Source: Octopus bimaculoides
Lineage: Eukaryota
NCBI RefSeq assembly: GCF_001194135.2
Contig: NC_069001.1
Span: forward strand, 32,943,979 to 33,007,978
Length of the DNA: 64,000 nt
Reading direction: 5' to 3'
Shown: piece by piece, positions 37,091 to 51,658 of the stretch
Layout: each line of letters begins with the position of its first letter
Numbering within the stretch: position 1 is the stretch's first letter
Translations under genes and position numbers: made by a program
The notes under the pieces: generated by a model
What the model was told of the DNA's origin: nothing
Seen by the model: the letters and a program-made list of their open reading frames with translations, nothing else
Databases searched by the model: none

Positions 37091-39654
37091 CTAAACACAT
37101 GCACACAATCACATATACATATTAAATCCGTACACATACAAGCAGTAACGAAGCAAGCAGACACACTTATATACTCAAGTAACATGTATATCCACTATGT
37201 GAGTTCAAGCATGCATGCATACATACATACATACACCAATTCAAATACCCACAAACCAGAAGAAGTGTCTTGACTTAAACAAAAGATCTTCGTCACTTTG
37301 TTAGTGACCGGTTTGAATTCTTGAAAGGAAAAATAACTTAAAATGCCTAATACATACATCAAAGAATGTCTGCAACTTGCCTAAACTTCCTCTCTGCACA
37401 CTCTTATATAGCGAACATTGACCGTATCAACCTCATCAGTTTGGAAGGATCTGCAAAGGTGACCCTCCTCTGATTGCTTTAACAAAATTTGTCAGCGAGG
37501 AAATCTCTGAATGGTTGTTCGATTTCATAGAAATATTAACCAAATCTCCAAATTATTACATTACCATTTTAAGAAAAGAAGGATAATGTAAGTTTAGCCA
37601 TACTATTTAAAAAGATGGAGTGGTTGTAGCTGGAATGTCTTTGATTTCAGGTATGCTTGATTAAGCCTGACCTTGGACTAAACAAAGACATAAAAGAATG
37701 CTGTAGCAAAAGTGAACTGCGAACTTTAATCATTCCAAATCTGAAACGTTTATTGAAGTAAAACTATATTTATGTCATTTATTAATTTTATATCAAAAAT
37801 AGTCTCTTGGTCAAATGTATGTGTATTTGTGGGCATATGATATATCCACCCGCATATTGTTTGAAATAATACAATACTCTAGGTATTCCGATTTTCTAGA
37901 TCAGTTATATTGGAAAATATATACCGAGATATATTTCTTAACATCATTGTATCCTAATCTCCGACAAAGTACAATAAAAATGCGCGATGTGATACTAATT
38001 CACTATATCGTATGTCGCCCAAAAGCTACTGTCTAGCAGAGATCAACACTTTGCCATCTTATCACAACAAATCCATTTATATCTATGAGAAAATCTGAAA
38101 CATCTTCTTTTACTGCATATTTGGCACCGAGGAAATGTCGTACATGAAAATGATGTCGCTACTGCTGTTATTGTTGATATTATTAATGTTGTTTGATATT
38201 TTTTTTATTGTTGTTACTGCTCTTTGTACTCGTTGTTGTAGTAGTTGTAGCCGCCATGATTAATTTTTGTACATGAATAAATCGAAAAAAAAAAAAAAAA
38301 TCACACCAATTTTCCTACTAATTCTTGTCGGTGTTCAGTACCAACAAGTCACATTCCCGTGGGAGGATTTAAGTTAAGTACTGCGAGTCGATGATACACT
38401 CATCAGTTATGCAATGTCTTGATTAGTACTTTAATGTAGCATCTATTATAAGGCAGAAAGAGAAGAAAAAAAAGGATGAAAAGTGGATTTTAAAATGGTT
38501 TGGTCCATCTGTGACTGCTGTGACACTGTTGGTCGTAAGCAACAAATGTATCTGCTGTCGTTATTGACGTCTTGTGGCTACACTTGTCTTTACACCAATT
38601 CTTCTGTTGCTACTATTGTCATTCTGTTGTTGAAAATTGCCATTTTTATTTTAAATTGCTGCTTGTATTTATTTGTTATTGCCAAATATCATGCCGACGA
38701 AAGGATTAATTTCAATAAGAACTTCTTTCACAGCATGAGGCCACACTAAAATAGAACAACTCTGAGTAGTTTGAGGGTTTTGGATATCGCTATGTGGCTT
38801 TTGGATGTGACATCTTATCTACAGCCTCATGTGGAACACTGCCATGAGAAAACAAGAAATAAAACAATAACGATTTCTTTAGACTAGACTAGGCACAAGG
38901 CCAATTTTGTAATGGAGGTGGTATAGTCGATCAACTAAGTCTAGGTCTCTTACCTGTACAAATTGTTTCGGCAGTCGACTGTCACCAAGCTTCTCTGCAT
39001 GTTTTGAACATATTAAGGCATGGGCTCGAGCAGGTATTAGGATATATCAAGTGTGCACACGTACCAACTAATTTCAGGAAGTAAATGTTAAACTTAATTG
39101 ATAGTGAACTTAAAGTCAATTCCAGCATGATTTGATTCCTGAAACGTGATGGATCAAAATACTTGCACTGCATCTAATCTAATGCTACCACTTACGCCAT
39201 CAGCAATTAAAGTGAAACGTATCAAATGCTTCCACCATTTTACAGGTGTTCCTTTTATTTTGCTCACTGTTGGGATAAAAAAAAAGTAGTTTATTTTACC
39301 TGAGTTCTAAACTTGAGTAAATACTGTAAAATAAGTACGTGCTCTCGAATTATAAAAGAGTCACATTTATCACGAAAACATACAACACTGCATTTTAACT
39401 ACCCACGAATATCATTTAAAAACTCAACACGCTTTACAAATACACGCACTTATAATATATGATGATCCTTAATGGCAACGACAAATATACTTTATGTAAC
39501 CAAGACAGCATAACAAAAGCTGTATCTCTTTTTAATTGAAAATAATTCTGCACTGCTACCACTAAACAAGATTAAATACGCCCCACACCTAAGAGTATTC
39601 CCCAACTACTGAATCACAAATGTGTAGTGTATTTGCTCTGTCCCTTCTGCTGCG

Positions 39655-39766
39655 GGTTCTCGAGCAAGTGTCTTCTGCTATAGTCTCGGGCTGATCAAAG
39701 CCTTGTGAGTGGATTTGGTAGACGAAAACTGAAAGAAACCTGTGGTCTATGCATATATATACTATA

Positions 39767-39799
<33 letters not shown>

Positions 39800-39960
39800 C
39801 TTTATGCCTGTGTTTGTCCCCAACCACCGCTTGACAACCAGTGTTAGTGTGTTTACATCTCCGTAACTTTGCAGTTCGGCAGAAGGAACCGATGGAATAA
39901 ATTCTTCAAGGTGGTGCCACAGCATGACCGCAGTCTCATGACCGAAACAGATAAAAGATA
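39655..39960 (+). mobile_element. Family-B (CORE-like, internal microsatellite) SINE
   Basis: GCAAGTGTCTTCTGCTATAG...GCCTTGTGAGTGGATTTGGTAGACG, an internal (TG)n and the tail GACCGAAACAGATAAAAGA. Confidence 0.85.
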
Positions 39961-41814
39961 TACTACTCACACTCAAACCCGCCGTTCTGTGTATGCGACT
40001 CTCTTTCCTTCGCTTTCTGTGGTCCACTCCGGATCTTGTATCAGTAATTCCACCCAATCTTTTCTGTTGCATGCATTTTGAATTCCCTATCTGTCTAAAT
40101 CGTGTCTCTAAACCCCAACCTGCAAATATTCAAACTGATGCTCAGCTGTATGAAACCCCGGCAAGCTACCTCTCTCCCATAGACTGAGAAGACCTGGAAG
40201 GAATTTATCTATATTTTCTAGCAGTAAATAATAAAAATGGAATTATATAATTCTCATATATTTTACTAGGGTGCTAGTGACTTCAATTGAAATAAAATGG
40301 TTTCAACCAATGAATTAGAAACGAAATCACCTTATCATGACTGTATCTCTTTCCTATGACACTATTGTTTTACGTAAGGTTATTATCATTTTATTTTATG
40401 AAAATACGGAACAGCGAATAAAATAATTTTGAATTTTGTGAATTTGAGATGTTATATTTGTGGTCTGCCTTAGCCATTAGCAACGCAAGTGAAGTAAAAT
40501 GGTTGTGACTGGAAGTCGAACCTGGGATGTTGATCCTAATTTACACTTGGGTATATTTATATTTTTCTGCAATGGATCCTGTGCATAAGAAAGAAATTAT
40601 TTGTTAAAATACTATAAAAATAGAATATTTCGAATACTTCTTTGTTCGTTTGATTTCGTTAAGTTTGGGAGAATTATTCTTGAGAAAACTTATTATGTAC
40701 CCCCTCAACTATTTTTGGTTAGATCCCTCTTCAAAAACAGTTTAACTCGTTTAAGTCTTGACATTTCTCTATCCGAGCTGTAAACATGTGAAAAGTATTT
40801 TTTTGTAATTGTGAAACAGTATATCTCTGGGGCTTGTTCTGTCTTTGATTTGGGAAATTATCCTTCGAGATATCCAGAAAAGTGATATGTAAGTGATATG
40901 CTTTGAGGTGTTACACTTGTCGTAACATATAGCAATCCAGTTTGTAGATTGCTTTTATCCTAAAACATGGAGTTTGTTTTCATTTGTAAAACGTACTTTG
41001 GGCTACCCTTCTGCTAAAAAAAAAAAAAAAAAAATACCAAACTTCTGTTTATGCTGTTAAAGAAGAAAAATTATTTTCGGCATTTCAACTCTAGTCTCCC
41101 AATTGTAAAAAAAATTCGTTGGTTTGGAATAGTAAAAAAAAAAAAAAGCAAACAAAATATTAGACATATTTGTGAAAGACAATATACCATGTAGGATATA
41201 ATGAGTTTATAACAGATTAGCTGCTTCAGCAGTTTTTTTTTTCAAGTCCTTTATTTGAGGGACTTTCACCTGGGCTATTTTTAGCAAGATGATATTTTTT
41301 GAATTTTATTTCATCAGAAGAATGAGTGCCCCTTTTCTCGTACATACCTCGTTTCCTCCATCCCCTTGGTTATGTGGGTGTGAATTGCATCGCATAACCA
41401 CGTGGTTGCAGGTTCGACGATGAATGGCAGAATCAGTTGAGTGGCGACAAAACACTGAGTAGTAAGTTATAGTTAAATTATTTTACGATCAGAATTCAAG
41501 TCTCGCAGAAATCGACTTTGAGGTCGATAGAATAAGTGCTAGCTAACTCTTGCGGTCGATTTAATCCACTGTTTTTTCACCTACAATTTGTGGCATTGTC
41601 TCAGTTAGAAATTTATGTAGATAAATACGAACATCTGTTCATCTCGCTTTTTGTGTCGAAATTTTTAGGTCTAATATCGTGTGGTTAAATATCATGTTTG
41701 GAGATCTTATAGTAAAAAAAGGTCAGTTCCTTTGCACGAAAGATATTCTTCTTTCTGTTAATAGTCATAGCATGGGAGGTGAATTTTTTAATAAAAATAC
41801 TTTTACTTTTACTT

Positions 41815-41960
41815 TTCTGAGTTGAAATTCTGCCGAGGTCGACTTTGCCTTTCTTCCTTTCGGAATCAATAAAATAAGTACTAGGTGAGTACTGGGGTCG
41901 ATGTAATCGACTTACCCCTTCCCTTGAAATTGCTGGCCTTGTGCCAAAATTTGAAGCCAT
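41815..41960 (+). mobile_element. Family-A SINE, 3' two-thirds
   Basis: TTCTGAGTTGAAATTCTGCCGAGGTCGACTTTGCC...GCTGGCCTTGTGCCAAAATTTGAA. Confidence 0.85.
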
Positions 41961-42563
41961 TATCATTTGTAGGAGTTAAAATTTCAAACTATTGAATATG
42001 TTTAACTCAACCGAGTAGCAACATTTCCTTAAACTGCGTGTGTTCTAATATTTTAGCCATCACCTAGTTGTATTTGTATGAAGTCATCAACCGCAGATGT
42101 TCCTCCAGTTCCAAACTTATCAAATTCGGTTCTCTCAATTCGTTTCTCTCAATTCGTTTCTCTCAATCATTTATAATATCGACGTATTGGTTTTTATGGC
42201 ATCAGTTCCAGAGCTCTAAAACGCTTTTAACACTTTTGTATAAAAAAAAACATTGGTACTACAACCTTAAAAATATCATTGTCTTGGATAATAGGTCATG
42301 GCATCTTATACGTTTTGCTAAGGATAACGATGTTATAAGCGAAAGCATTCCAAATGGTAATTAAGTCGTACACTCAAACTACTGAAAATACATATAGGGA
42401 CAGATTTTACATACATCTTTTAGAACATTGTCATTTTATAAGATTTTGCTGGCAAATTTTTAAATTAACATAAACAGTTATTTACATGAAAGAAAATTAC
42501 TGGAGGACTTTCATCTAATTCTTCCAAATCTTTGTTAAAGCTGCACTAAAACTATTTGTGAGG

Positions 42564-43385
42564 AATTTTTTTTTATCCCAGCAACTGGTCACGCACCACA
42601 AGGTTTAACGGAACCTACTGAAGCAAGCCATGACGTTCGCAGCATTACCACGGGCGATGGCGGTGCTAAGGCGTTAGGAAAGCCAAGTACCCTTACGAGT
42701 ATCACCTGACACCTCTGTGAGGCTAGCTGCCAACGTTGACAGGAACTTCGTGGTTAGTAGCCAAATCCCTCCGAACGTCTCAAACGCCACAGATTGGAAG
42801 AGATAGTTCACTGTCAGGTCTCGATACTTCAGGGTTTTCTTCCGTTCGGCTACAGAAGCAGTGACCCTCCCATTATCTGCAGCAACCAGGATGTGGGTGG
42901 GAGCAGAGGAGTCGCAGACTCTGGCTTCCCAAATGAGGCACCTACCTCTAACATAAGAACAGAAGGTAAGACCATCTAGTCTCTTTCCATCACTCCTGGA
43001 TAACCCCGACGGCTGCAGAACTGAGGGGATATTAATCCGAGCCAGGGCCCTCTTAATAATTAGGTTTAGCTCGGTGGGACGAGCGAAGCGACCATCATTT
43101 AGGCGGCAAAACAAACCATGAAGACCTGTAGGGTCGAGAGGCCTACCACAGCGGCATCTCAGTCCCTACAGACGTCAGTTCCCACTCTAAGTGCGATGGA
43201 GATGCGGAGTTCATCTAGACTCTGTAGACCTCCAGTGTTGGCCACAGGCAGGGCATCATTCCAGTCCCCTGAGAATTTTGCACTAGCTGAAAGTTGGCGA
43301 CACCTTGGAAATTGGGACCTGGACGCAGATCGTCCCATACTCTCTGTATCTTCTCCGATCTATGAGTGTGTATTTTACGAATGAT
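42564..43385 (-). mobile_element. 3' 0.8 kb of a CRE-clade non-LTR retrotransposon (zinc finger plus RLE nuclease)
   Basis: SGDWNDALP...LRISIALRVG...CRCGRPLDPTGLHGLFC (CCHC); LNLIIKRAL...GLSRSDGKRLDGLT (PD-D/ExK region); FETFGG; WLS*RLSTAIARGNA. A short poly(A) lies at 42564-42573. Confidence 0.9.
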
Positions 43386-45033
43386 AACTTATATTCAGCA
43401 ACAAATTGAAGTGGAAAATTGTAGCATTTATATTATCCTCAAAGGCATCAATGACACCAGCAAAATAGAATGGTGCCGACTGAATCTTCAACACAGTCGC
43501 TGCACACTAATTATTTAACTATTACATAGTGGTGATAACGTAATTACTTTGCTTAGTATGTACTGTTTCATACAAATATTTCATACAAATATTCATTCTA
43601 CCTAAAGCAAAACATATTTCTGATTCCAGTAATCATATCTTAATTATGATAATGAACTGAAATATTGAGTCAGAAAAACGAAAATATGGTTATCATTGTG
43701 TGAATGAACGCTTACGGTTTTCTACTGCAAATTTCTCTTGTTTGTTAATGATTTCGTTTAAATTATCAAGGTCAAGTAGAGGACGGTATGTTAAAACTTT
43801 ATACCTCGATCGTCTCACCTAAAACAATTTCATATGAAGGTTTTTTTTTTCTTCTTTCCACTAATGTGCTATAATAACTCTTCTCAAAATGGTAGCCAAA
43901 GAATCTGTTAGGGGGACTGTTTCGGAATTTGACATGTATACTGATACTTCACTCGCCTGCTTAATTTAACACTAATATTAAGAAATCTAACAAAGCGAAT
44001 TGTTCCTTTTCTTTATTATCTTGTAATATCGGTTAGGGTTTAGTCCAGGGAAATAATTCAGTGAAGAATTTTAGACATAACTACATGAAACGTATATTTC
44101 CTGACATCACGACTGTATTACACACTGCTATTATATGTTGTTGTCCCCCTCCCCACTTTTTTCCTTTACGGCAACGAAACAGTTTAGAAGTTTTCTTTAT
44201 ATTTATATTTTCGACTTGCATTCCATTCATAACTGCCGTAGTTTGTTACTCTCGTTTATTTATTTATTTATCTATTTATTTATTAATTTCGACAGCTACT
44301 TTGTATTACAACTGTTATTGTCCTTGCAACACAGAGATTATTAACAGTTACATTATGTATGCTGAAGAGCTAGCGAATATCTAAGGACTTGTAGATCCTT
44401 TAAGGGTATCTATAACGTTGATGTTACGTTAGAAGCTGTTTAGTCAGGAGAGTGAAATGTTCTGCATTTTGGTTTTGATTTTCTATGTTTTTCTGTTTTC
44501 TTTTTGCGAAAGTCAAGATAACTTAGAATTTCGTTCTTAAAAAAGAGTCAGGGCGGGAGCCTTGATATGGACACTAAACTTGCTAGAAATAGTAATGATC
44601 TCTTCTTCATACTACAACTTACCATTTTAAAAAGAGTACATGCGGGATACACAATGCCTGAAAAAATAAGGGGTGAACTTTTGATTTAAGTACATAAAAT
44701 GTTTGATTACGAAATTAAAACGCATATGCATCATATATATATAACCGTAAATATATTTATTTGGGTGTTACCAATGTAACGATTTGGTTGAGTTGACAGA
44801 CGGAAGCAAGAACAAAAAGTCCGTGTGAGGTTTCAAATACCAAAAAGTATTTATTTATCGATAGACAAAACATTGTGCCGTTATTTCGAACGACAGAAAA
44901 GAAGTGTTTACACCAAGTTAAATAGTCCAACAGTTTCTGCGGGTTGCCGTGCGTCTAGAAAAATACAGTAGATGTGAGTGGTGTCTGTTCTAGCAACTGG
45001 TTGGCTTAAGCTGTGCGCCACCACTGCAGTCAG

Positions 45034-45300
45034 AGCCGGATTAAGACCCATCGAGGCCCTAAACACTTAAAAGATTTTGATGCCCCCACAAAAGATTATG
45101 GAATTCAAAATATAAACAATAACAAACCATGAAATAAATTTTTGTTTTTCAAAACGAAACAAAACTAATAGTAAGATGGAAAATAATGTTTATTTTTGTA
45201 TACTTCCACTTTATTTATATTTGAAAAGTTTCCTCCTACTTTTTTGAATTGCAGTCTTTGATCAGACCCTCAAAATTAATCTTAGGTAACCCATCTGCAT
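45034..45300 (+). mobile_element. Left part of a hAT/Tip100-like MITE
   Basis: Starts CAGAGCCGGATTAAGAC; no matching right TIR found. Confidence 0.35.
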
Positions 45301-45639
45301 CTATACTTAGTAGAGGTAAAGGCATCCCGGTTATTATTTTAGCAAGTTTAAAGTAATTTCTTTTGTGCCGTAGACATACAAACACTAACACACTAGTATT
45401 TAGAATCCATCAAACGCATTCTAAATATATATAATAGATTATATTATAATAATTATATAAACAGAACTATCCATACAAACGTATAACATAATATATACAG
45501 TCATTATGGTACAACTCGTAAATGTAGATAAAATAAAACATAGCATTGTAAAGACATAGATAAGGTCATGAAGTTTCTTAATCTAGTAAAAGATATGTTG
45601 CTTATAATGTTGGAAGAAAAAATGGTTAAGAGAGTGTTG

Positions 45640-46600
45640 TTTATTTGAGGAAAGTAATAATTATCTATTTGTAAATTGTAAGAGTATTTTCGGTTTTTTA
45701 AGGTTCAGTGTCTGCATGAGATTATTTTAAAATGTTTTTTTAAGAAGCTTTAGTTTAGAGAATAAAATTTCATATAAATCAGTGGTGCAAAACTGACAAG
45801 CTTTTTTTTTTGTGTTAATAGTATGTTTTGGCATGCAAGAGGATTTTCCATGAGATATTGTACAGGGTGGTGGGAACTTTTAAGTTCCATGTATATTCAC
45901 ATAGGGAAGTAATTGTTGTGCTATCTAATCTAATTTAAAGGAGTTTGCTGTATGAAGAAGTATTACAACATGGATATTGGAGAGAAAGAGGTTGTTCAGA
46001 GAGGGTGGATTGGGAGGTGGAAAAGGTAAGGGTGAATATGAATAGTATGTGAGACAGTTTCCTTGTTGAGGGTACACATTTTTGTGGTTGCAAATCAGTT
46101 ATCAGTTATTTGAATTAAGTTTATCTGTTTTTTTTTTTATTGCTGAGAGGTGTTAGTGAGAAGTTGTGGGTGATAGAATAGGAGATTTTTATGTGGTTTT
46201 TATTCAGAAGTTTGTGGTATTTGTGATTAGGTGGGAAATGTTTTGCAAAAGTCCAAAAATGTTTTAGCTCTAGAGATTTTTACTCTTAGATTATCTGGTA
46301 GATTATATCAAATTATGTTTCTTTTCCTGCTTCTGTGTTGAGATTGGGGGTTTGTTGTGTTCCTGTGTTTGAATTCTTTCATGTAATCACTTTTCAGAGC
46401 TTGATTGAAATGATGTGCATGTTCTGGGAGATTTTGAGTGATATGTAATGGATGAGATTATTTGCAGTTTTTTTCTGGTGGAAAGAGAGTATGTGAAGGT
46501 ATTATATTTTCTAGTTGGTTTTCTGTATGAGAAGTATGTTTAATTATCCAGGTGGATTTCATCAGTAATTTTTAAGTTGAAGAATCCTTTTCTGAATTTA
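45640..46600 (-). mobile_element. Degenerate Penelope-like element (RT thumb plus GIY-YIG C-terminus), non-Poseidon type
   Basis: KHFPPNHKYHKLLNKNHIKISYS (46176-46244); CN....YPQQGNCL; TSLCEYTWNLK...YNISWKILLHAKTY. Heavily frameshifted. Confidence 0.7.
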
Positions 46601-48683
46601 TCTTTTTTTTTTTTTTTTTTACCACAGTGTCTATGGATAATGAGACCATTACCTTTATAAAGACTTACAACTATACAGGGTCATTTTTTTATTTAATAAT
46701 TTTAAAATATACAAGCAAATATTAAATGATGGTGATGATGATGATGATAAGCCAACAAGGTCACTGACTTCAGTGGAATCCTTTGAACTAAAGTCAAAAG
46801 GCTTGGTACTCTGTTCTTTTTTTTTTTTTACCAATGTGATGTTATGAGAAAATAATATAGATTTTATTGCTTGTAGGATGGTTTCAACACCCATTGACTT
46901 CAAGAACACTATTACTTCTACATTGTTGATTGCATCATTGAATTTTTTTTTGGTAATTCAAAGATAGCAACAACATATATCAAATTGAAAAAGTAACTTT
47001 CATTTATATTATGGACAGCTGTGAACTATTCAATTACAGAAGAGCTATTGTTCCAAAGTGGTAATAGAAACTGCTGTTAAATCTTAGAGATACTGCAATC
47101 TGTGGTAGATGTACTAGTCTAGTGATATGCATGTGTGCACACGTATGGTAGGTGTGTATATCCATCTATCCATTCATAAGTACATGCATACAAATCTCCC
47201 CGCTTCTCATGACCATTCTTTTCCAAGGGAAAAACAAGACCAAAGCTACTTGGCACCAATGTCATTAGAGGCATAACCTTCAGAATACAAGGATTTGGAA
47301 CAGTACAAAATATAGTGTCTAATACTCTAACAACTCTGCCTGGGATGAATAGTAAAATTGTGCATATGTATGTGTGTTTATGTATGTATATTATGGTTGT
47401 AATGCCTTTCATCATAAATCTGCTCGATCGGGGTTAAGTAACCTGGGGTTAAACAACAACAGATATTGTTTGTCTTTCTTTAGGCGAGAATGGCCACTTC
47501 TTCAAATGTAATGTTTTAATATAGGAAAGTGAGGTTACATTTTAAATCCAGAATAGTGAAGCAACAGAACAGATATATACAGTAAGTCTTATGACCCTCT
47601 ACATCACTTAAGTCAAGAAGAGGCATATTAAATTTAACATATCGTGAACTGCATTAAGATATACAAAACTTCGTTTTTAAATATACAAACATTATCTCTA
47701 TGTTTGAAAAATCTACCATTATCACAATGAAAACAATGTACTTGTTTCTAAATTCATGTAATGCTGAACAATAATGATAACTTCCGGTGCCAACTTGAAA
47801 ATATATTCTCAAGTGGGTTTCTCTGCCTATCTCTGTTAGTGTCAAGGATTGAAAAATCAACTTAGAGATGAAAAAACAAAACAAAAGAAAACATAAAGAA
47901 TACTGAGAATGTGAGATTATTTATCTGTTTGGAATAAAGTGGTATCATGTTATGAGTCATATTACCATTCCACAAAGAATTCTTGATCATATTAATTTCA
48001 GTATATACACGAAAATTCACAAGAATTAATGGTGATGATGATGAAAATAATAATAAAAATAGTTGTTGCTATTTTTCTCTTCATTAGAATACATTCACTT
48101 TCCTACAATTGTTATCTAACTTAAATGTAATTTAATTATGGTAGACATATGATGTTAGTCTAAGTTTTACAGCTATTTGATAAGCATTCTTTGCACTTGG
48201 TGTGTACAATGCATGTAATGCACGTGTATAATGTGTGTTTATGGGCTCATATGCATGCACACATCTTGCATCAAAATATTTTCTCTGTAGTATTGAATAT
48301 ATAACACTTTCTTTTGAATATTTATATATCCAATGAGTACAATCTTCATGAACTTATCTGCACAGGGTCTGCTATAAAACAGGCACAAACCTGGTTTCCA
48401 TCCCACCCCTATATATTTGTTTCACTGTTGCTTCTTCTTCAGAGTGATTTCTCACATTGGCACAGTTTACTGGAGATAGTGTATTAATGATAATTTGCAA
48501 TATCACAATCCCTGTAAAAGAAACTGACTTATGAACAACTGTCAAAACATACGAATCCATTAAGTGGCTTTACAGTATTACGTGATTTATTGCCAATATC
48601 TTTTTATTTTATTTATATTCTTATAGCTACAAACTACTATTACTAACTGTACACTTCATTCCCTGAAAAGTGAGGGAATGCAT

Positions 48684-48716
<33 letters not shown>

Positions 48717-49744
48717 AAGATGGTAGAGCACCAGTCTGATTGTTAGTATTTAGTATACATAAGAATTGATTGGTATGCTCTTTAGAAGATTTTAGTTTCC
48801 AGAAAATCTGAACTTTGTTAGTCTGTTTCTTGTGGAATACAGTTTTGTAAATGGTCAATATTATGGAGCATGCTTGAGATTTGTTACATTATCCCTTGAT
48901 CTTTTTATATATGCTCATGTAGATAAAATGAAATGCATTGTATGTCCTGAGGTACTAACACAACAATGTTCAGAATTGCCAAGGTTCTGATGGGTACAGA
49001 TCTAACTTCATGTAGGTTGGTGCTCATCACTTAATTCTATGTTCACATTTATACACATATTTTTTTATCTTTTATGTTTTACTTGTTTCAGTCATTGGAC
49101 TGTGGCCTTTCTCAGGCACCTGTACTTACAACATATTTGTTAGTTATTATTCAATGAAACATAAGTCGTCACAGAGCTGCTGTTTAGCTCCGGATGCTGT
49201 AGCATTACACAGAAGAGAGATTAATACTCATATAGATTGAATGTCAGTTTTTCACACATAATACCTCAACAGATCTAGTAGTAATTCCTCAAAATAAAAT
49301 GAATTGAGATGGCTATATAAAACACAGCAGAGCAATTTTGCTGCTATGAGCTGTAGTCCAACTCTTCATCTGCTCCACCTAGTAATTTCTTACATTTTAA
49401 ATTTTAATTATAGTTATGAAAATGATTATTATATAGCAGTAGGAGTTGCAGTTAAGCAAAGCATGTCCTCTATGTGTATCAAAAATGTCAGCTGTTAATC
49501 CTGGTTTAATGAGGGCTACTTAATCAAGCATGAAGCCTGACTAATAGAATTTTCTTGTTTGGGGAAATAAGACAACACTTGCAGTGACAGAAGAATCAAT
49601 GATATGAATGTCAAGATTATGTTGTATTCATTTGGTGTAGGGCAGTGAACTGGTTTAAATACCTCTTCATTCTAATCTTATTGTGTTAATATTTCATTCT
49701 CTTGAGCTTTGCTTGCTTCATGCTCTTGCTTGATGGAGTTGGGG

Positions 49745-49950
49745 TTATCCTAGGTTCGTGATCCCAGAGATGTCATCATGCATAGAGCCAACCAGGTACA
49801 CCAATGGTTTCCATCACCAGTGGTCTCGTGCCAGTGTTTCTGCATCCTCCAAGGTGATGTCAAGCCTCTGGAGATCTTCCTCAATCATGTCCAGCCATCT
49901 GGTGTGGGGCCTGTCATGAGGCCTCTTCCAGCCCACAGCTGCTTTGCTAA
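49745..49950 (-). mobile_element. RTE-clade LINE 3' end
   Basis: GWKRPHDRPHTRWLDMIEEDLQRLDITLEDAETLARDH..W matches GRPR.RW.D....DL......A..LA.DR..W. Confidence 0.75.
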
Positions 49951-50329
49951 ATGAGAGTAAAATCCTAGTATTTTAAGTCTATTAACTATACTTCTTTTGA
50001 AAAACAATGTTGTTTTCATCACTCAGTTTCAATATCATATTAATAATGAGAGGTCAAAGAATTAGAGTATAGATAAATTTCTTAAACTTTGTGAAAATAT
50101 AAATCTCAAGAAGACAGAAATACTTATATATCTAGATGCACCATTTATTTTGTTCTCGAAAAGAGGAACAAGCAAAATACAAAATATAAAAATCTGTTTG
50201 TAAATTTTACATAAAAATGAATTTTCATAAACAAATAAAAAAAATTGAATTCAGTGAAAATAAAATCTCAATCTAGGATAACAGAAAAATATACATATAA
50301 AAGTTAATGAGCTAAATATAATAAAAAGC

Positions 50330-50518
50330 TTATTCAGAAGCAAAAACCTGTTACAATAAAAATTTGAGATAATTTTTATTAGGTAGTACTGAGGGTTCGT
50401 GAAGTAAATTCAAAATTTCATACATATACATGAGTATAAGCATATTAAAAGGGGTCTGTGGGAAAACTCATTTAAATAAAAGGGTTGGGAATCACTGAGA
50501 AAAGGTTGGGAACCACTG
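50330..50518. mobile_element. Charlie-like hAT MITE right end with tandemly doubled TIR
   Basis: GGTTGGGAATCACTG (ends 50497) followed by GGTTGGGAACCACTG (ends 50518); no left TIR seen. Confidence 0.55.
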
Positions 50519-50559
50519 TTCTAGATAAAGCCAAAAACTAAAATAACTACAACATTAAT

Positions 50560-50745
50560 AACAAGTGATTGAGATAAAGCACGTTAGGGTAGTTGTTCTG
50601 ATTAGATTTTCTTCTGTCAATGGAGTAGCTTCCTTTTGTATTTGCTGCTCAATCCTGATTGTGAATTTGCCTTTCTTGATCACCATAACTCTTGGTTTTC
50701 TTAAGCTTAAATTTCCTTCTTGTCCGTGTTGCCATGTGCTCAAGT
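50560..50745 (-). mobile_element. RT fragment of an RLE-type (HERO/NeSL-like) LINE
   Basis: SLRKPRVMVIKKGKFTIRIEQQIQKEATP...ENLI resembles KP.KSRSLVIKKGK.....IQGE.IP...NPIK. Confidence 0.45.
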
Positions 50746-51658
50746 GAAGTTAGCACAAATATTAATAATGAGTATGTAATTTTATAACACATTACATGTG
50801 ATTTATGCTCATCTTGTCAGACAATGGTCAAAAAGGAATGCAAATGACACTTAGAAAATAAGATATACATAGTTTTGAAGAAAACAGTGGGAGGATCCTA
50901 TATATGTATAATGAGGAAACGAACCCTCCTGACATGTAAATAAAATATAGGATAAAACCATATCAAGAACAGAAATTCTATTAGTATTACTAAATAAGAT
51001 GAGGAGGGAAGTTGGACACTTTAACTACTCTATATAACCTGATAATTATTAGGTGGATATGGAAAAAAGTAATAATATATACTGTAGAAGTTCTGCAGTT
51101 GTCACCTACTCTTCCCTCTTTCTCATTTATCATCCCTCAACACTTCTTCATTATAGTCACTCTTTCATTCCCTATCTCTAACCCTCTCTCATTCTCCCAC
51201 ACTCTTGCAACCTCTTCTCATCCACACTCCCTGTCCTGTTGTCCCCTCTCACTTCTATTCTTCTTGTAACTTGAGAATCCAGCCTGACATCTCATCACTA
51301 CTGCTTTCATCTCTTCTCAGTTCTACTTTAGCCACTCCTACATCTCTTCCATAATGTAAATAACCATGTAGCTCTTCTATAGTAACAAGCCTGTTCTGTT
51401 CTGGCCTTTCTGTCAAACTTTAACCCCTGCCCCCTCATCCCATAGCAGAAAACTGCCTCCCTCTTTATTGTGGCTCCACTCAGTCAAAGGGAAATATAGT
51501 TTTGCAGATTGCATGGCAACCTCATTAGTGCTGGTACCCAATACACACTGTAGAGTGGTTGGCATTAGGAGGGGTATCCAACTGTAAAAGCCATGCCAAA
51601 GTAGACATTGAACTGGGTATAGTTAGAGTAATTGTTTAGTTAGAGGTGAACAATTATT

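Noticed and set aside
44776-44830. CNDLVELTDGS, superficially like the PAS motif CNDGFCELCGYS
   Set aside because: No upstream IANA motif, no acceptor, and a stop within 18 codons; TGTAACGA more likely starts a repeat or LTR-like fragment.
48420-48520. Strong-looking acceptor ttgcttcttcttcag as candidate exon 2
   Set aside because: The phase-1 reading hits TGA in the second codon.
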